NCBI GenBank assembly: GCA_041563795.1
Contig: JBFGRH010000001.1
Location: 1-30,893, forward strand
From: Nitrospiraceae bacterium
GTDB lineage: Bacteria > Nitrospirota > Nitrospiria > Nitrospirales > Nitrospiraceae
Reading direction: 5' to 3'
Length of the DNA stretch: 30,893 bases
Below, piece by piece: positions 1 through 8,612 of the stretch. The notes beneath the pieces were generated by a model, which saw only the letters and a list, made by a program, of their open reading frames with translations, was not told the DNA's origin and did no database searches. The translations under genes were made by a program, and so were the position numbers. Within the stretch, counting starts at the first letter, position 1. Each line of letters begins with the position of its first letter.

Positions 1-1839
1 CATTTGACCGTGCCGCAGCACATCATGCGCGCTGCCCGGGAGGTGGGGCGTCCGATTTTCTTCTCAACCACGATTATCGTCGTGGCGTTCATCCCGCTCT
101 TCACGATGACCGGCGTGCCGGGGAAGATCTTTGCTCCGATGTCCATCACCTACGGGCTGGCCCTCATCGGCGCGCTGCTGATGGCCTTTACCCTGGCGCC
201 GGCCCTGTGCTCGCTGCTCCTCGATGACAAGGTGCGTGAGCAGGACACCTGGGTGGTCCGCCATTTACGGAGGCTTTACCTGGCATCGCTCAAGTGGGCG
301 CTGAAACGCGATTTTCTCGTGGTCGGGGGGGCCATCGCGCTGTTTGTCGTGAGTCTGGCGGCCGTTCCGTTTCTGGGAGGCGAATTCATGCCGGCGTTGG
401 AGGAGGGCAACCTCTGGGTCCGGGCGACCATGCCGGTGGACATTTCGTTCGAGCAGGCGGATCGGCTAGCGACCGAGGTCCGGGGAATTTTTCGGCAGTA
501 CCCCGAAACGGTCAACGTCGTCTCTCAATTGGGCCGGCCCGATGACGGCACCGACCCGACCAGTTTTTTCAACGCGGAGTTCCTGGTGAATCTCAAGCCG
601 AAGAAGGAATGGCGGCCGGAGGTGACGTCGAAGGAACGGTTGATCGAAGAGATCGAGCGGCGTCTCTCCACCATCCCGGGTGTGACGTTCAATTTTTCTC
701 AGGTGATTCAGGATAACGTGCAGGAAGCCATGTCGGGGGTCAAGGGCGAGAATTCGATCAAGCTGTTCGGGACCGATTTAAAGCAGCTGGAGCAAACTGC
801 AATTGAGATCCAGGCGGTGATGAAACAGGTGCCGGGTGTGAAGGACTTGGGTTTGTTTCGACTCCTTGGCCAGCCCAATCTTCTCATTGAGGTCGATCGG
901 GGCGCCTGTGCGCGCTATGGACTGTTGGTCGGGGACGTGAACGCGGTCGTGCAGGCGGCGATTGGCGGGCAGGCCGTCACGCAGGTCTTCGAGGGGGAGC
1001 GGCGGTTCGACCTGGTGGTCCGGTTCCTGCCGGAGTACCGGCGTGACCAGGTCACGATCGGTAACATCCAGGTCAACACGCCGTCCGGCGCCAGGATCCC
1101 GCTCAAGCAGTTGGCGAACATCACGACACAGACCGGTGCCTTCATTATTTACCGCGAAAATAACGAACGCTACATTCCGATCAAATTCAGCGTGCGGGGC
1201 CGGGATCTGGAAAGCACGGTCCGTGACGCGCAGGCGAGACTGGCCAAACAGGTGCGGATTCCGGAGCGGTATCGCATCGAGTGGGCCGGTCAGTATGAAC
1301 AGTTGCGGGAAGAGCAGCAGCGACTGGCCATCGTCGTGCCCATCACCCTTGTGATCATTTTGTTTCTCCTGTACATGGTATTCGGGTCGTTCCGCGACGC
1401 GTTGCTCGTGCTGTCGACCGTCCCCTTCGCCCTGATCGGCGGCGTGCTGTCCCTCGTGGCGACCGGCACGCATTTCAGCATTTCGGCCGCAGTTGGTTTC
1501 ATTTCCACCTTGGGGGTGGCGATTCTGGGCGGCGTCTTGCTGATTTCGCGCATCAGCGATCTGATGCAATCCGGGATGACGCTGAGGGACGCGATTCTCA
1601 AGGGGGCCGACATCCAGATGAGGCCGATCCTGATGGCCACCCTGGCCGCGGCGATCGGCTTGCTGCCGGCCGCGGTTGCGACGGGCATCGGCTCCCAGGC
1701 CCAACAGCCGCTGGCTCGGGTCGTCGTCGGGGGCATGCTCACGTCCGCGGTGCTCATCCTGCTGGTGTTGCCGGTCTTGTATCAAATGGTCCATCGTGTT
1801 ACAGAACGGGGGCGGGAGCGAAATGCGGAGGGGGAATAG
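1..1839 (+). CDS. CusA/CzcA-family heavy-metal RND efflux permease, C-terminal part (5' truncated by window edge)
   Basis: Frame open from base 1. RND motifs AAREVGRPIFFS, MPALEEG, VVSQLGRPDDGTDP, RPILMATLAAAIGLLP, QQPLARVVVGG; multiple TM segments. Confidence 0.93.
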   Translation, partial: HLTVPQHIMRAAREVGRPIFFSTTIIVVAFIPLFTMTGVPGKIFAPMSITYGLALIGALLMAFTLAPALCSLLLDDKVREQDTWVVRHLRRLYLASLKWALKRDFLVVGGAIALFVVSLAAVPFLGGEFMPALEEGNLWVRATMPVDISFEQADRLATEVRGIFRQYPETVNVVSQLGRPDDGTDPTSFFNAEFLVNLKPKKEWRPEVTSKERLIEEIERRLSTIPGVTFNFSQVIQDNVQEAMSGVKGENSIKLFGTDLKQLEQTAIEIQAVMKQVPGVKDLGLFRLLGQPNLLIEVDRGACARYGLLVGDVNAVVQAAIGGQAVTQVFEGERRFDLVVRFLPEYRRDQVTIGNIQVNTPSGARIPLKQLANITTQTGAFIIYRENNERYIPIKFSVRGRDLESTVRDAQARLAKQVRIPERYRIEWAGQYEQLREEQQRLAIVVPITLVIILFLLYMVFGSFRDALLVLSTVPFALIGGVLSLVATGTHFSISAAVGFISTLGVAILGGVLLISRISDLMQSGMTLRDAILKGADIQMRPILMATLAAAIGLLPAAVATGIGSQAQQPLARVVVGGMLTSAVLILLVLPVLYQMVHRVTERGRERNAEGE

Positions 1840-1840
1840 A

Positions 1841-2674
1841 ATGGGAGCACGCGGTTTAATTCCGACCGTTGTCGCGGCGTTGGTCGTGGTTGGCCTGAAC
1901 GTGGCGATCGGATCAGAGCCGTCGTCTGCGCACGATCCTGCGGGCGCCGTCTGGCTGGCCCAGACGCCTGACAGGGGCGAGGTTCCTTACGAGTTTGGCC
2001 GACCGCCCTCTATACAGGACGTGCCGGACACCTCCATCCCGCCTTCCAACAAACCGTTGGGGCCGGAAGAACTCAAGCGGACCGAGGCGCTGCTCCCGCT
2101 GCTGGAGGGCAAGCAGGAATTCTGGGCGATTGGAGAATTCGTCCATCTGGGCCGGCCGGCCGTGCCGGTGCTGACCAAGGCGCTCTCCATGCCGAGTCCG
2201 AGAATCCGGTACAATGCGATCGAGACGCTGCAGATGATCAAGGATCCGAGCGCCGTGCCGGCGCTGATTCAGGTGGCGCAGAAGCCGGCCGAGATGCCCC
2301 GCATCCGCGAACATGCCCTGCGGGTGGCCGTCCGGCTGGACGCGGAAGCCACGACGCCCGCGATTGAGACCATGGCCAAGGATCAGGAATCCGCCGTCCG
2401 GAAGGTGGCGGCGTTCGAATCCCGGTACGTGCGCCAGAAGGCCATCGTGCCGGTACTGATCGGCATGATCGGGGATGCGGAGCGGTATGTGGCGGTGACG
2501 GCCGTCCAATCGCTCTGGATTCTGACCCGCCACGAGACCGAACTGCACGACTGGGACATATCAACCCGGGAGGACCGGGAGGCCTGGGCCAAGGAATGGG
2601 TGGAATGGTGGCGCACGGCCCGCGACACCTTCGAATTCCCCGATCCCAAGAAACCCCGCGACCCGCTCCAATAG
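1841..2674 (+). CDS. Exported HEAT-repeat (PBS-lyase-like) protein, 277 aa
   Basis: ATG 1 nt after the RND stop. Hydrophobic N-terminal signal or anchor; repeated helical units (PAVPVLTKAL...RYNAIETL, SAVPALIQVA, AIVPVLIGMI). Confidence 0.8.
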   Translation: MGARGLIPTVVAALVVVGLNVAIGSEPSSAHDPAGAVWLAQTPDRGEVPYEFGRPPSIQDVPDTSIPPSNKPLGPEELKRTEALLPLLEGKQEFWAIGEFVHLGRPAVPVLTKALSMPSPRIRYNAIETLQMIKDPSAVPALIQVAQKPAEMPRIREHALRVAVRLDAEATTPAIETMAKDQESAVRKVAAFESRYVRQKAIVPVLIGMIGDAERYVAVTAVQSLWILTRHETELHDWDISTREDREAWAKEWVEWWRTARDTFEFPDPKKPRDPLQ

Positions 2675-2709
2675 GGATCGGAACCGTGATTCGCGCCCCC
2701 CGGGCCGCG

Positions 2710-2741
2710 TTGCGGGCCCAGCCGGGGCTATGTTATAAAAT
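2710..2741 (+). promoter_or_regulatory. sigma70-type promoter of def, near-leaderless
   Basis: TTGCGG (2710-2715), 18 nt, TG-T-TATAAA(AT) (2731-2741). ATG at 2750 with no SD. Confidence 0.5.
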
Positions 2742-2749
2742 TGTCCATC

Positions 2750-3280
2750 ATGGCCAATCTACCCATCGCAAAACTGGGCAACCCGATGCTGCGGCAGATC
2801 GCGGCGCCGGTCCATCCGGACGACATTCCCGGCCGGGAATTCCAGCAGTTTATCGATGACATGTTTCAGACCATGGTCGAAACCCACGGAATCGGGCTGG
2901 CGGCTCCCCAGGTTTCCCGGTCCCAACAAGTCATCGTGATGGAGTCTCCCGGAGAAGGGGGCTTCCCCAGGACCGTCCTGATCAACCCGGAGATCGTGTT
3001 CTACGGGCCGCACCAGGAGGAAAACTGGGAGGGCTGCTTGAGCGTGGACGGCCTGCGTGGCAAGGTGACCCGCCCCTCCATGGTGCGCGTGCGCGGGCTG
3101 GACCGCCATGGACATCAGCTGGACCTCGAGGCCACCGGACTCTACGCCATCTGCATTCAGCATGAGATGGACCATCTGATCGGCAAGGTGTTCCTGGACC
3201 GCATGACCGACATGTCCAGCCTGACCCAGCTCGATGAGTTCGAGCGATTCTGGAAAGAGGACCATGCGGCGGTCATTTAA
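2750..3280 (+). CDS. def: Peptide deformylase
   Basis: All three PDF motifs present: GIGLAAPQV, EGCLSV, QHEMDHL. Confidence 0.97.
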   Translation: MANLPIAKLGNPMLRQIAAPVHPDDIPGREFQQFIDDMFQTMVETHGIGLAAPQVSRSQQVIVMESPGEGGFPRTVLINPEIVFYGPHQEENWEGCLSVDGLRGKVTRPSMVRVRGLDRHGHQLDLEATGLYAICIQHEMDHLIGKVFLDRMTDMSSLTQLDEFERFWKEDHAAVI

Positions 3281-3304
3281 CAGCCTACCATTCAGCCGAC
3301 GCCG

Positions 3305-5029
3305 GTGAAGGTTCTCCTTCGCGTCCTGCGATACCTCCGGCCCTACCGCCTTCTTGTCCTGATCACGTTGACGAGCGCCATTGCCGCGACGGCCATGGAT
3401 CTGGTGCCGCCGTGGCTTATCAAGATCGTCATTGACGACGTCATCCAGGCCGGCCATCCCGAGCTGCTCGGATGGGCCGTCGCCGGCCTGGGCGGCGCCT
3501 ACCTGATGAAAAACGTCTTTGCCTCCCTGCGCATCCGCCTCAACAACACGCTTGAACAGCGCGTCGTGTGCGACCTCCGCAACCAGGTGTTTGCGGCGCT
3601 GCAACGCCTCTCGATCAGCTACTTCGAGAATCGTTCTTCGGGCGAGATCATGTCGCGGGTGACGAACGATACCGAGCACATGGAGCGCATTTTCGTGGAC
3701 GGATTGGAAGGGATGCTGACCGCCGTTCTGACCCTGGGCGGGATCACCGTCATGCTGTTCATGCTGAACTGGAAGCTCGCGATCCTGTCGCTCCTGCCAA
3801 TTCCAATTCTGGTGCTCTCCGCGAGCGCGTTCACGAAGCGCGTGCACCATTACTACCACGATGTCAGGCGGCACGCGGCCGACTTGAATGCCTACCTCCA
3901 CGATGCGCTGTCCGGGATCCGGGAAACGATGGGATTCAACCGGCAGGCCTACGAGCAGGAACGGTTCGACGCCCGCAGCCGGCGCTACAGCGAGAGCAAT
4001 CTCAACGTCATGTACCTGTGGTCGGTCTATTCGCCCGGCATGATGTTCCTCGGCAGCGTCGGAACGGTGCTGATCCTCTGGTACGGCGCCGGCGAAGTCG
4101 CGCGGGGAAACCTGACGATCGGCGAGCTGGTGATGTTCCTGTCCTATCTCGCTCTCTTCTACGTGCCGGTCAACCAGATCCATTCGGTGAATCACATGCT
4201 GCAGCACGCGCTGGCCGGCAGCGAGCGGGTGTTCGAGATCCTCGATGCCCGGTCGGAAGTCGAGGATCGGCCCGGCGCCGCCGTGCCGGCCGAACGGCTG
4301 GCCGGCGCGGTGCGGTTCGACGAGGTGTCGTTCGGCTACCGGCCGGACGTGCCGGTGCTGCACGGGCTGTCGCTGGACGTCAGGCCGGGTGAACGCATCG
4401 CGCTGGTCGGTCCCAGCGGGGCCGGCAAAAGCACGATGCTCAAGCTGCTCATGCGGTTCTACGACGTTCAGGGCGGGGCGATCCAGTTGGACGGCTACGA
4501 CCTCCGCGATCTGCCGCTGGCCTACCTGCGGGGACAGATCGGCTTCGTGCAGCAGGAGCCATTCCTGTTTAACGGCACCGTCAGGGAGAACATCGCCTAT
4601 GGCGATCTCGGCGCCGACCAGGCCGGCCTCGAGGAGGCCGCCCGCGCGGCCCGGGCCGATGACTTCATCCGTGAGTTGCCGGACGGGTACGACACCTGGA
4701 TCGGCGAGCGGGGCGTGAAGCTCTCCGTCGGGCAAAAGCAGCGGGTCTCCATCGCGCGCGTGCTCCTGAAGAACCCTCCGCTGGTCGTGTTCGATGAAGC
4801 GACGTCCAACATCGACACGGAGACCGAGGTCAAGATCCGCGAGGCGCTCGAGAATCTGACCAGGGGCCGCACCACCTTTATAATTGCGCATCGGCTCTCC
4901 ACGCTGCACAATGTCGACCGGATTGTCGTGGTGGACCGCGGCCGGATCGTGGAACAGGGCGCCCACCAGGAGCTCCTGGTCCGGGGCGGGCTTTACGCCG
5001 GCCTCTACGACGCCCAATTCCAGCCGTAA
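3305..5029 (+). CDS. ABC exporter, fused permease and ATPase (MsbA/Sav1866-like type IV)
   Basis: N-terminal TMD; Walker A GPSGAGKST, Q-loop VQQEP, signature LSVGQKQR, Walker B VVFDEATS, H-loop IAHRLS. GTG start. Confidence 0.95.
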   Translation: MKVLLRVLRYLRPYRLLVLITLTSAIAATAMDLVPPWLIKIVIDDVIQAGHPELLGWAVAGLGGAYLMKNVFASLRIRLNNTLEQRVVCDLRNQVFAALQRLSISYFENRSSGEIMSRVTNDTEHMERIFVDGLEGMLTAVLTLGGITVMLFMLNWKLAILSLLPIPILVLSASAFTKRVHHYYHDVRRHAADLNAYLHDALSGIRETMGFNRQAYEQERFDARSRRYSESNLNVMYLWSVYSPGMMFLGSVGTVLILWYGAGEVARGNLTIGELVMFLSYLALFYVPVNQIHSVNHMLQHALAGSERVFEILDARSEVEDRPGAAVPAERLAGAVRFDEVSFGYRPDVPVLHGLSLDVRPGERIALVGPSGAGKSTMLKLLMRFYDVQGGAIQLDGYDLRDLPLAYLRGQIGFVQQEPFLFNGTVRENIAYGDLGADQAGLEEAARAARADDFIRELPDGYDTWIGERGVKLSVGQKQRVSIARVLLKNPPLVVFDEATSNIDTETEVKIREALENLTRGRTTFIIAHRLSTLHNVDRIVVVDRGRIVEQGAHQELLVRGGLYAGLYDAQFQP

Positions 5030-5055
5030 CCTCGTTTCGACGAAGGCCGGGGACT

Positions 5056-5781
5056 ATGACCGCTGACAAGGCACTGCCCGCGCGCATCCAGTACACCTAT
5101 ACCTTCCAGTTCCCGAACGGCTCCGAAAAGCGGTTCGAGGTCGTCCTGGATGCCAGGACGCTGGAGTTGCTGCCCGGTCCGGCTTCCCCCCGGCCGGAGT
5201 GGACGGAGCTGCCCTTTCACCAGTGCGAGGAGTGTCCGCTGGCCGACACCGTGTCGCACTGTCCGATCGCGGTCAATCTCGCCTCCCTGGTTGACAGCTT
5301 CAAGGACGAGCTCTCGTTTGAAAACACGACGGTGACCGTGCAGACTCCCGAGCGGACCTACGCCAAGGACACGAGCTTGCAGCAGGGGCTAAGCTCGATC
5401 ATCGGCATCTACATGGTCACGAGCGGATGCCCGGTCATGGACAACCTCCGACCGAACGTGCGGTTCCACCTGCCGTTTGCGACGGGGGAGGAGACAATCT
5501 TCCGCGCGGTCTCCATGTACCTTCTGATGCAGTATTTCCGGATGCGGCGTGGGGACGCGCCCGACTGGACGCTCGACCATCTGGCCGAGGTGTATAAAGG
5601 CGTCTGGTTGGTCAACAAGGGGATCACACAGCGATTGGCCCATGCCTCCAGCAAGGATGCGAACGTCAACGCGGTGATCGTCCTCTCGATGTTCGGCTCG
5701 AACCTCAACGAGCATTTGGAGGAGAGCCTGAGGGAAATTGAGCCGCTGTTCAGGGACCGCACCAAACCGCCGAGGCGATGA
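5056..5781 (+). CDS. Conserved hypothetical protein (DUF6901-like), Cys cluster CEECPL...CP
   Basis: 241-aa ORF with normal codon usage. WTELPFHQCEECPL...HCPIAVNL and GCPVMDNLRP resemble DUF6901 from recall. Confidence 0.7.
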   Translation: MTADKALPARIQYTYTFQFPNGSEKRFEVVLDARTLELLPGPASPRPEWTELPFHQCEECPLADTVSHCPIAVNLASLVDSFKDELSFENTTVTVQTPERTYAKDTSLQQGLSSIIGIYMVTSGCPVMDNLRPNVRFHLPFATGEETIFRAVSMYLLMQYFRMRRGDAPDWTLDHLAEVYKGVWLVNKGITQRLAHASSKDANVNAVIVLSMFGSNLNEHLEESLREIEPLFRDRTKPPRR

Positions 5782-5823
5782 TGGGTTTGGGGGAGCCGCC
5801 GCGATGAGGGGCGAACTCCTGGA

Positions 5824-5852
5824 TTGCGATAGGCGCGGCGGCTGAGTATACT
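5824..5852 (+). promoter_or_regulatory. sigma70-type promoter for the two Cys-rich microproteins
   Basis: TTGCGA, 17 nt, TATACT; followed by AGGAAGG SD-like sequence. Confidence 0.6.
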
Positions 5853-5872
5853 TTTATATCAGGAAGGGCAAG

Positions 5873-6073
5873 GTGCACATGGTACTGGTGTTTCAGAGCG
5901 ATCCGCTGGATACGGAAGACGCCCGCGGGCGTTTTTATCACGTCTGCCTGGGTCGGATGCAGGACCAGGAGATGACGGTTCCGCCCCCGGAGCAGCCGTT
6001 CGAATGCCCCCGCTGCGGGGTGGAACTCGAAACGGAAGATTTCTGGATCGCCCAGGTGAAAGGATCCGTATGA
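5873..6073 (+). CDS. Small hypothetical protein with HxC...CPRC putative Zn site (start 5873 GTG or 5879 ATG)
   Basis: Promoter and SD upstream; stop overlaps next ATG (ATGA). Confidence 0.65.
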   Translation: MHMVLVFQSDPLDTEDARGRFYHVCLGRMQDQEMTVPPPEQPFECPRCGVELETEDFWIAQVKGSV

Positions 6074-6288
6074 GCGGGGCCCAGGGAAGTTCAGGACGAA
6101 AAATGGTCTCGGTGATGCGGGGTCTGATGATGCTCTGCAGCACCTGCCACGATCAGGTCCATCACGAGAAACTGGTGAACGAGAAGAACTATGTGGCCGA
6201 CCATGAAGCGCTGTTCGATACCATCTGCCCGGGCTGCACGGATCTCAATCGGCCGCTGATTGACGACATGCTCGGAAGTTCCGAATAG
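6070..6288 (+). CDS. Small hypothetical protein, 72 aa, CSTCH...CPGC putative Zn finger
   Basis: ATGA overlap with the previous ORF; two CxxC pairs; no signal peptide. Confidence 0.65.
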   Translation: MSGAQGSSGRKMVSVMRGLMMLCSTCHDQVHHEKLVNEKNYVADHEALFDTICPGCTDLNRPLIDDMLGSSE

Positions 6289-6317
6289 TCCGCTGCCCGA
6301 GCGGTTCCCGCCGTTCC

Positions 6318-6656
6318 TTACTTGCAGCTTTTCCCGTCAAAAACCTTGCACGACGATTCGCCGGATGCGATTTTCCAGCGTTTCACCAGCGGCGCGTTGT
6401 CGGGACGAATCTCGACCACAATGTCGATCAGGCCTGACAGGGGCAGCTTGTCCAGGTGCGGCTTGGCTTCCGGCCCCACCTCGACGCCGAACACGGCACC
6501 GCTGTTCGAGATCACGATAAAGCCCTTTTCCTTGTCCACGTAGATGATCGGACTGTAGTAGCTTCGTTCTTCGGCAGCTGCCAGGCCGGTCCAGCACACA
6601 CCGAGCATCGCGGCCAGAAACATGATGGAGCATGACAGGGCATAACGTCCGTTCAT
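6318..6656 (-). CDS. Small exported beta-rich protein, 112 aa
   Basis: GGAGGA SD before ATG at 6656; signal peptide ending LAAA-EE; C-terminal Cys pair (SSCKVFDGKSCK) suggests a disulfide. Confidence 0.75.
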   Translation of the reverse strand: MNGRYALSCSIMFLAAMLGVCWTGLAAAEERSYYSPIIYVDKEKGFIVISNSGAVFGVEVGPEAKPHLDKLPLSGLIDIVVEIRPDNAPLVKRWKIASGESSCKVFDGKSCK

Positions 6657-6813
6657 GGCTGATGTCCTCCGAAGGCGATAGTGTGCGGCCATTATGGCAT
6701 CGGCTGCAGACAGGTGCCAGCGGTTTTTTGCTTGCCCGCGCTGAAATCCACGGACATCCGGTTGGGGGTCAGTTGGAGGTGGCCCAATCTGTCGTGCGGC
6801 GCACGGACATCGG

Positions 6814-7293
6814 TCAGACGGGCCGGAACTCAGCCGGGGAGACCATCCGGTCCTTGATCCAAAAGGCCCGGAGGTCCGGGGCGGACTTATTTTCCAGGGA
6901 GATGATGAGATAGGCCGCGTCCGGATAATAGGCCAGGCCCACGTCGGTGGCGGATGGGTAGGCCGGTGAATGCGTATGGGAATGATAAATCACAGTCAGG
7001 TCAAGGTTCCGCTGGCGCATGTCCTTGAACGCCGCCAGCATCTCCTTGGGGTCCATAAAGTAGGCGACCTCGGCCTTGGTGGAATCCGACAGGGCTCCCA
7101 ACTGCTTGACGTCGGCGCCGTCGAAGACCTCCACCGCCCTGGCATCCTTCGCCACGCTGTTGGTGATCCGGTAGTGCCGAGTGATGGTCCCGTTGGACCC
7201 CGCCAGCAGCCCGCAGCACTCGAACGGGTCCAGTTCTCGCGCATGGGCGATCATCTCGTCCAGGATTGTGCGAGGAATCTTCAGCAGGGACAC
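6814..7293 (-). CDS. mec: JAMM/MPN+ metallopeptidase (Mec/QbsD/HcyD-like sulfur-carrier processing protease)
   Basis: Motif E(CCG)...YHSHTHSPAYPSATD matches E-x(n)-HxH-x7-S-x2-D; last gene of the Ubl/E1 operon. Confidence 0.9.
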   Translation of the reverse strand: MSLLKIPRTILDEMIAHARELDPFECCGLLAGSNGTITRHYRITNSVAKDARAVEVFDGADVKQLGALSDSTKAEVAYFMDPKEMLAAFKDMRQRNLDLTVIYHSHTHSPAYPSATDVGLAYYPDAAYLIISLENKSAPDLRAFWIKDRMVSPAEFRPV

Positions 7294-7294
7294 G

Positions 7295-8098
7295 TCAAAT
7301 CGTGCAGGAAACGGCGTAGTCGCCGCTGAGATTTTTGATCGTTTGGTTGGGACCGCAGAGCCGGCAGTGGGGGTCCTTGGGCCGTGACACCTTCCTGAAC
7401 TTCATGTCCAGCGCATCGTAGATCAGGAGTTTGTCGGCCAGGGTATCGCCGATCCGGAGAATTTCCTTGATGGCTTCCGCCGCCTGCAGCACGCCGATGG
7501 TGCCCGCCAGCACGCCCAGGACGCCGGCTTCCTGGCAGTTGGGCACGAGTCCGGCCGGAGGCGGTTCCGGATAGAGGCACCGGTAGCAGGGGAAGCCCTC
7601 GTGCGGCTTGATGGTCGTCAACTGGCCTTCGAAGCGGAAGATGCTGCCCGAGATCAGCGTCTTCTTCGCGAAGAAGCAGGCATCGTTGATCATGAACCGC
7701 GTCGAGAAATTGTCCGACCCGTCCAGCACCATGTCGTAGTCCTGGATCAATCCCATGATGTTGTCGGCGCTTACGTGATACTGGTAGGTCTTGATCGTGA
7801 TGTCGGGGTTCAGGGCCGCCAGCGTCTGCCGGCCTGATTCGACCTTGGGAACCCCGATCCTGGCGGTGGTGTGCAGGATCTGCCGTTGCAGGTTGGACAG
7901 GTCCACCACGTCGCCATCCACCAACCCGAGCGTGCCGATGCCTGCCGCGGCCAGATAGAGCGCGGCCGGAGACCCCAGCCCGCCGGCGCCGATCACCAGG
8001 ACCTTGGCCTGTGACAGCTTCTTCTGCCCCTTGCCGCCCACGTCGTTCAGGATGATGTGGCGGCTGTACCGCTCCATCTGGGCTTCGGTGAATTCCAT
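7295..8098 (-). CDS. moeB: MoeB/ThiF/HesA-family E1-like adenylyltransferase #2, no rhodanese domain
   Basis: RYSRH, GAGGLG, DLSNLQRQ, DGSDNF, CYRC...CRLC Zn site, NCQEAG. ATG overlaps the NIL stop (TGATG). Confidence 0.93.
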   Translation of the reverse strand: MEFTEAQMERYSRHIILNDVGGKGQKKLSQAKVLVIGAGGLGSPAALYLAAAGIGTLGLVDGDVVDLSNLQRQILHTTARIGVPKVESGRQTLAALNPDITIKTYQYHVSADNIMGLIQDYDMVLDGSDNFSTRFMINDACFFAKKTLISGSIFRFEGQLTTIKPHEGFPCYRCLYPEPPPAGLVPNCQEAGVLGVLAGTIGVLQAAEAIKEILRIGDTLADKLLIYDALDMKFRKVSRPKDPHCRLCGPNQTIKNLSGDYAVSCTI

Positions 8099-8337
8099 CA
8101 CTCCACCACGTTGAGTTCGATGGGGTCCACGAAGACCCCTTTTTTCTTCATGCCTTCGATGGCCCGCTCGATCTCGGCCGTCTCGCCGCTCAGCTCCAGG
8201 TCCATCCAGCCGGTGGTCTCACGCACGTCCGCCCGGCGGATGTTCGTGACCACCTTGTACTCGTGGCCGATCTGGTAGATGATCGGTTCCTTGATTTTTT
8301 GCTCGGGGAAACGAATATGGAATCGCAGGTGTGCCAT
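8098..8337 (-). CDS. Stand-alone NIL-domain protein, 79 aa
   Basis: EPIIYQIGHEYKVVTNIRRADV...GWMDLELSG...IERAI matches the NIL (ACT-like) pattern; no Cys and no ferredoxin fusion; TGATG overlaps on both sides. Confidence 0.8.
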   Translation of the reverse strand: MAHLRFHIRFPEQKIKEPIIYQIGHEYKVVTNIRRADVRETTGWMDLELSGETAEIERAIEGMKKKGVFVDPIELNVVE

Positions 8338-8612
8338 CAGCGGCCCCCCGCAATGGCCGGCACGATCGAGACCTCATCGCCATCCTTGAGGGAGGTCTCC
8401 TTGCCCTTGAGAAACCGGATGTCTTCCTCGTTGACGTAGATGTTCACGAAGCGGCGCAGCTCCCCCTTGTCGTCGCACAGCCGGTCTTTCAAACCCGGGT
8501 GCGCCGAGTTCAATGTCTCGATCATTTCGGTGATGGTCGCCGCCGTGGCCTCCACTTCGCCCTGGCCTTTGGTCAGGGGTCGCAGGGGAGTGGGAATACG
8601 AACTTTGATCAC
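8337..8612 (-). CDS. MoaD/CysO-like ubiquitin-like sulfur carrier, 91 aa, ending AIAGG-R
   Basis: VKVRIPTPLR...FVNIYVNEEDIRFL...LKDGDEVSIVPAIAGGR. GTG start overlaps the thrC stop (GTGA). Not listed separately in the ORF track; it is the tail of ORF 8337-9407. Confidence 0.9.
   Translation of the reverse strand: MIKVRIPTPLRPLTKGQGEVEATAATITEMIETLNSAHPGLKDRLCDDKGELRRFVNIYVNEEDIRFLKGKETSLKDGDEVSIVPAIAGGR

Noticed and set aside
2759-5017. Long antisense ORFs (752 aa here; also 778-1794, 12998-14314, 9963-10892 and others)
   Set aside because: They are shadows of well-supported genes in GC-rich DNA, with no recognisable motifs and Arg/Gly/His-skewed composition.
6130-6150. CSTCH as a c-type heme attachment motif
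   Set aside because: No signal peptide or TM segment for export to the maturation machinery; a second CxxC (CPGC) makes a Zn finger more likely.
6700-6720. Minus-strand TGGCAC...TGCA as a sigma54 promoter
   Set aside because: GG-to-GC spacing is 9 nt, not the required 10; an extended -10 (TG-C-CATAAT) explains the promoter instead.
6814-8101. E1 plus JAB plus Ubl as a Bil/CBASS-type protein-conjugation defence system
   Set aside because: No E2 is present. The E1s are MoeB-type and the Ubls are ThiS/MoaD-type, coupled to PLP amino-acid enzymes, which points to sulfur transfer.
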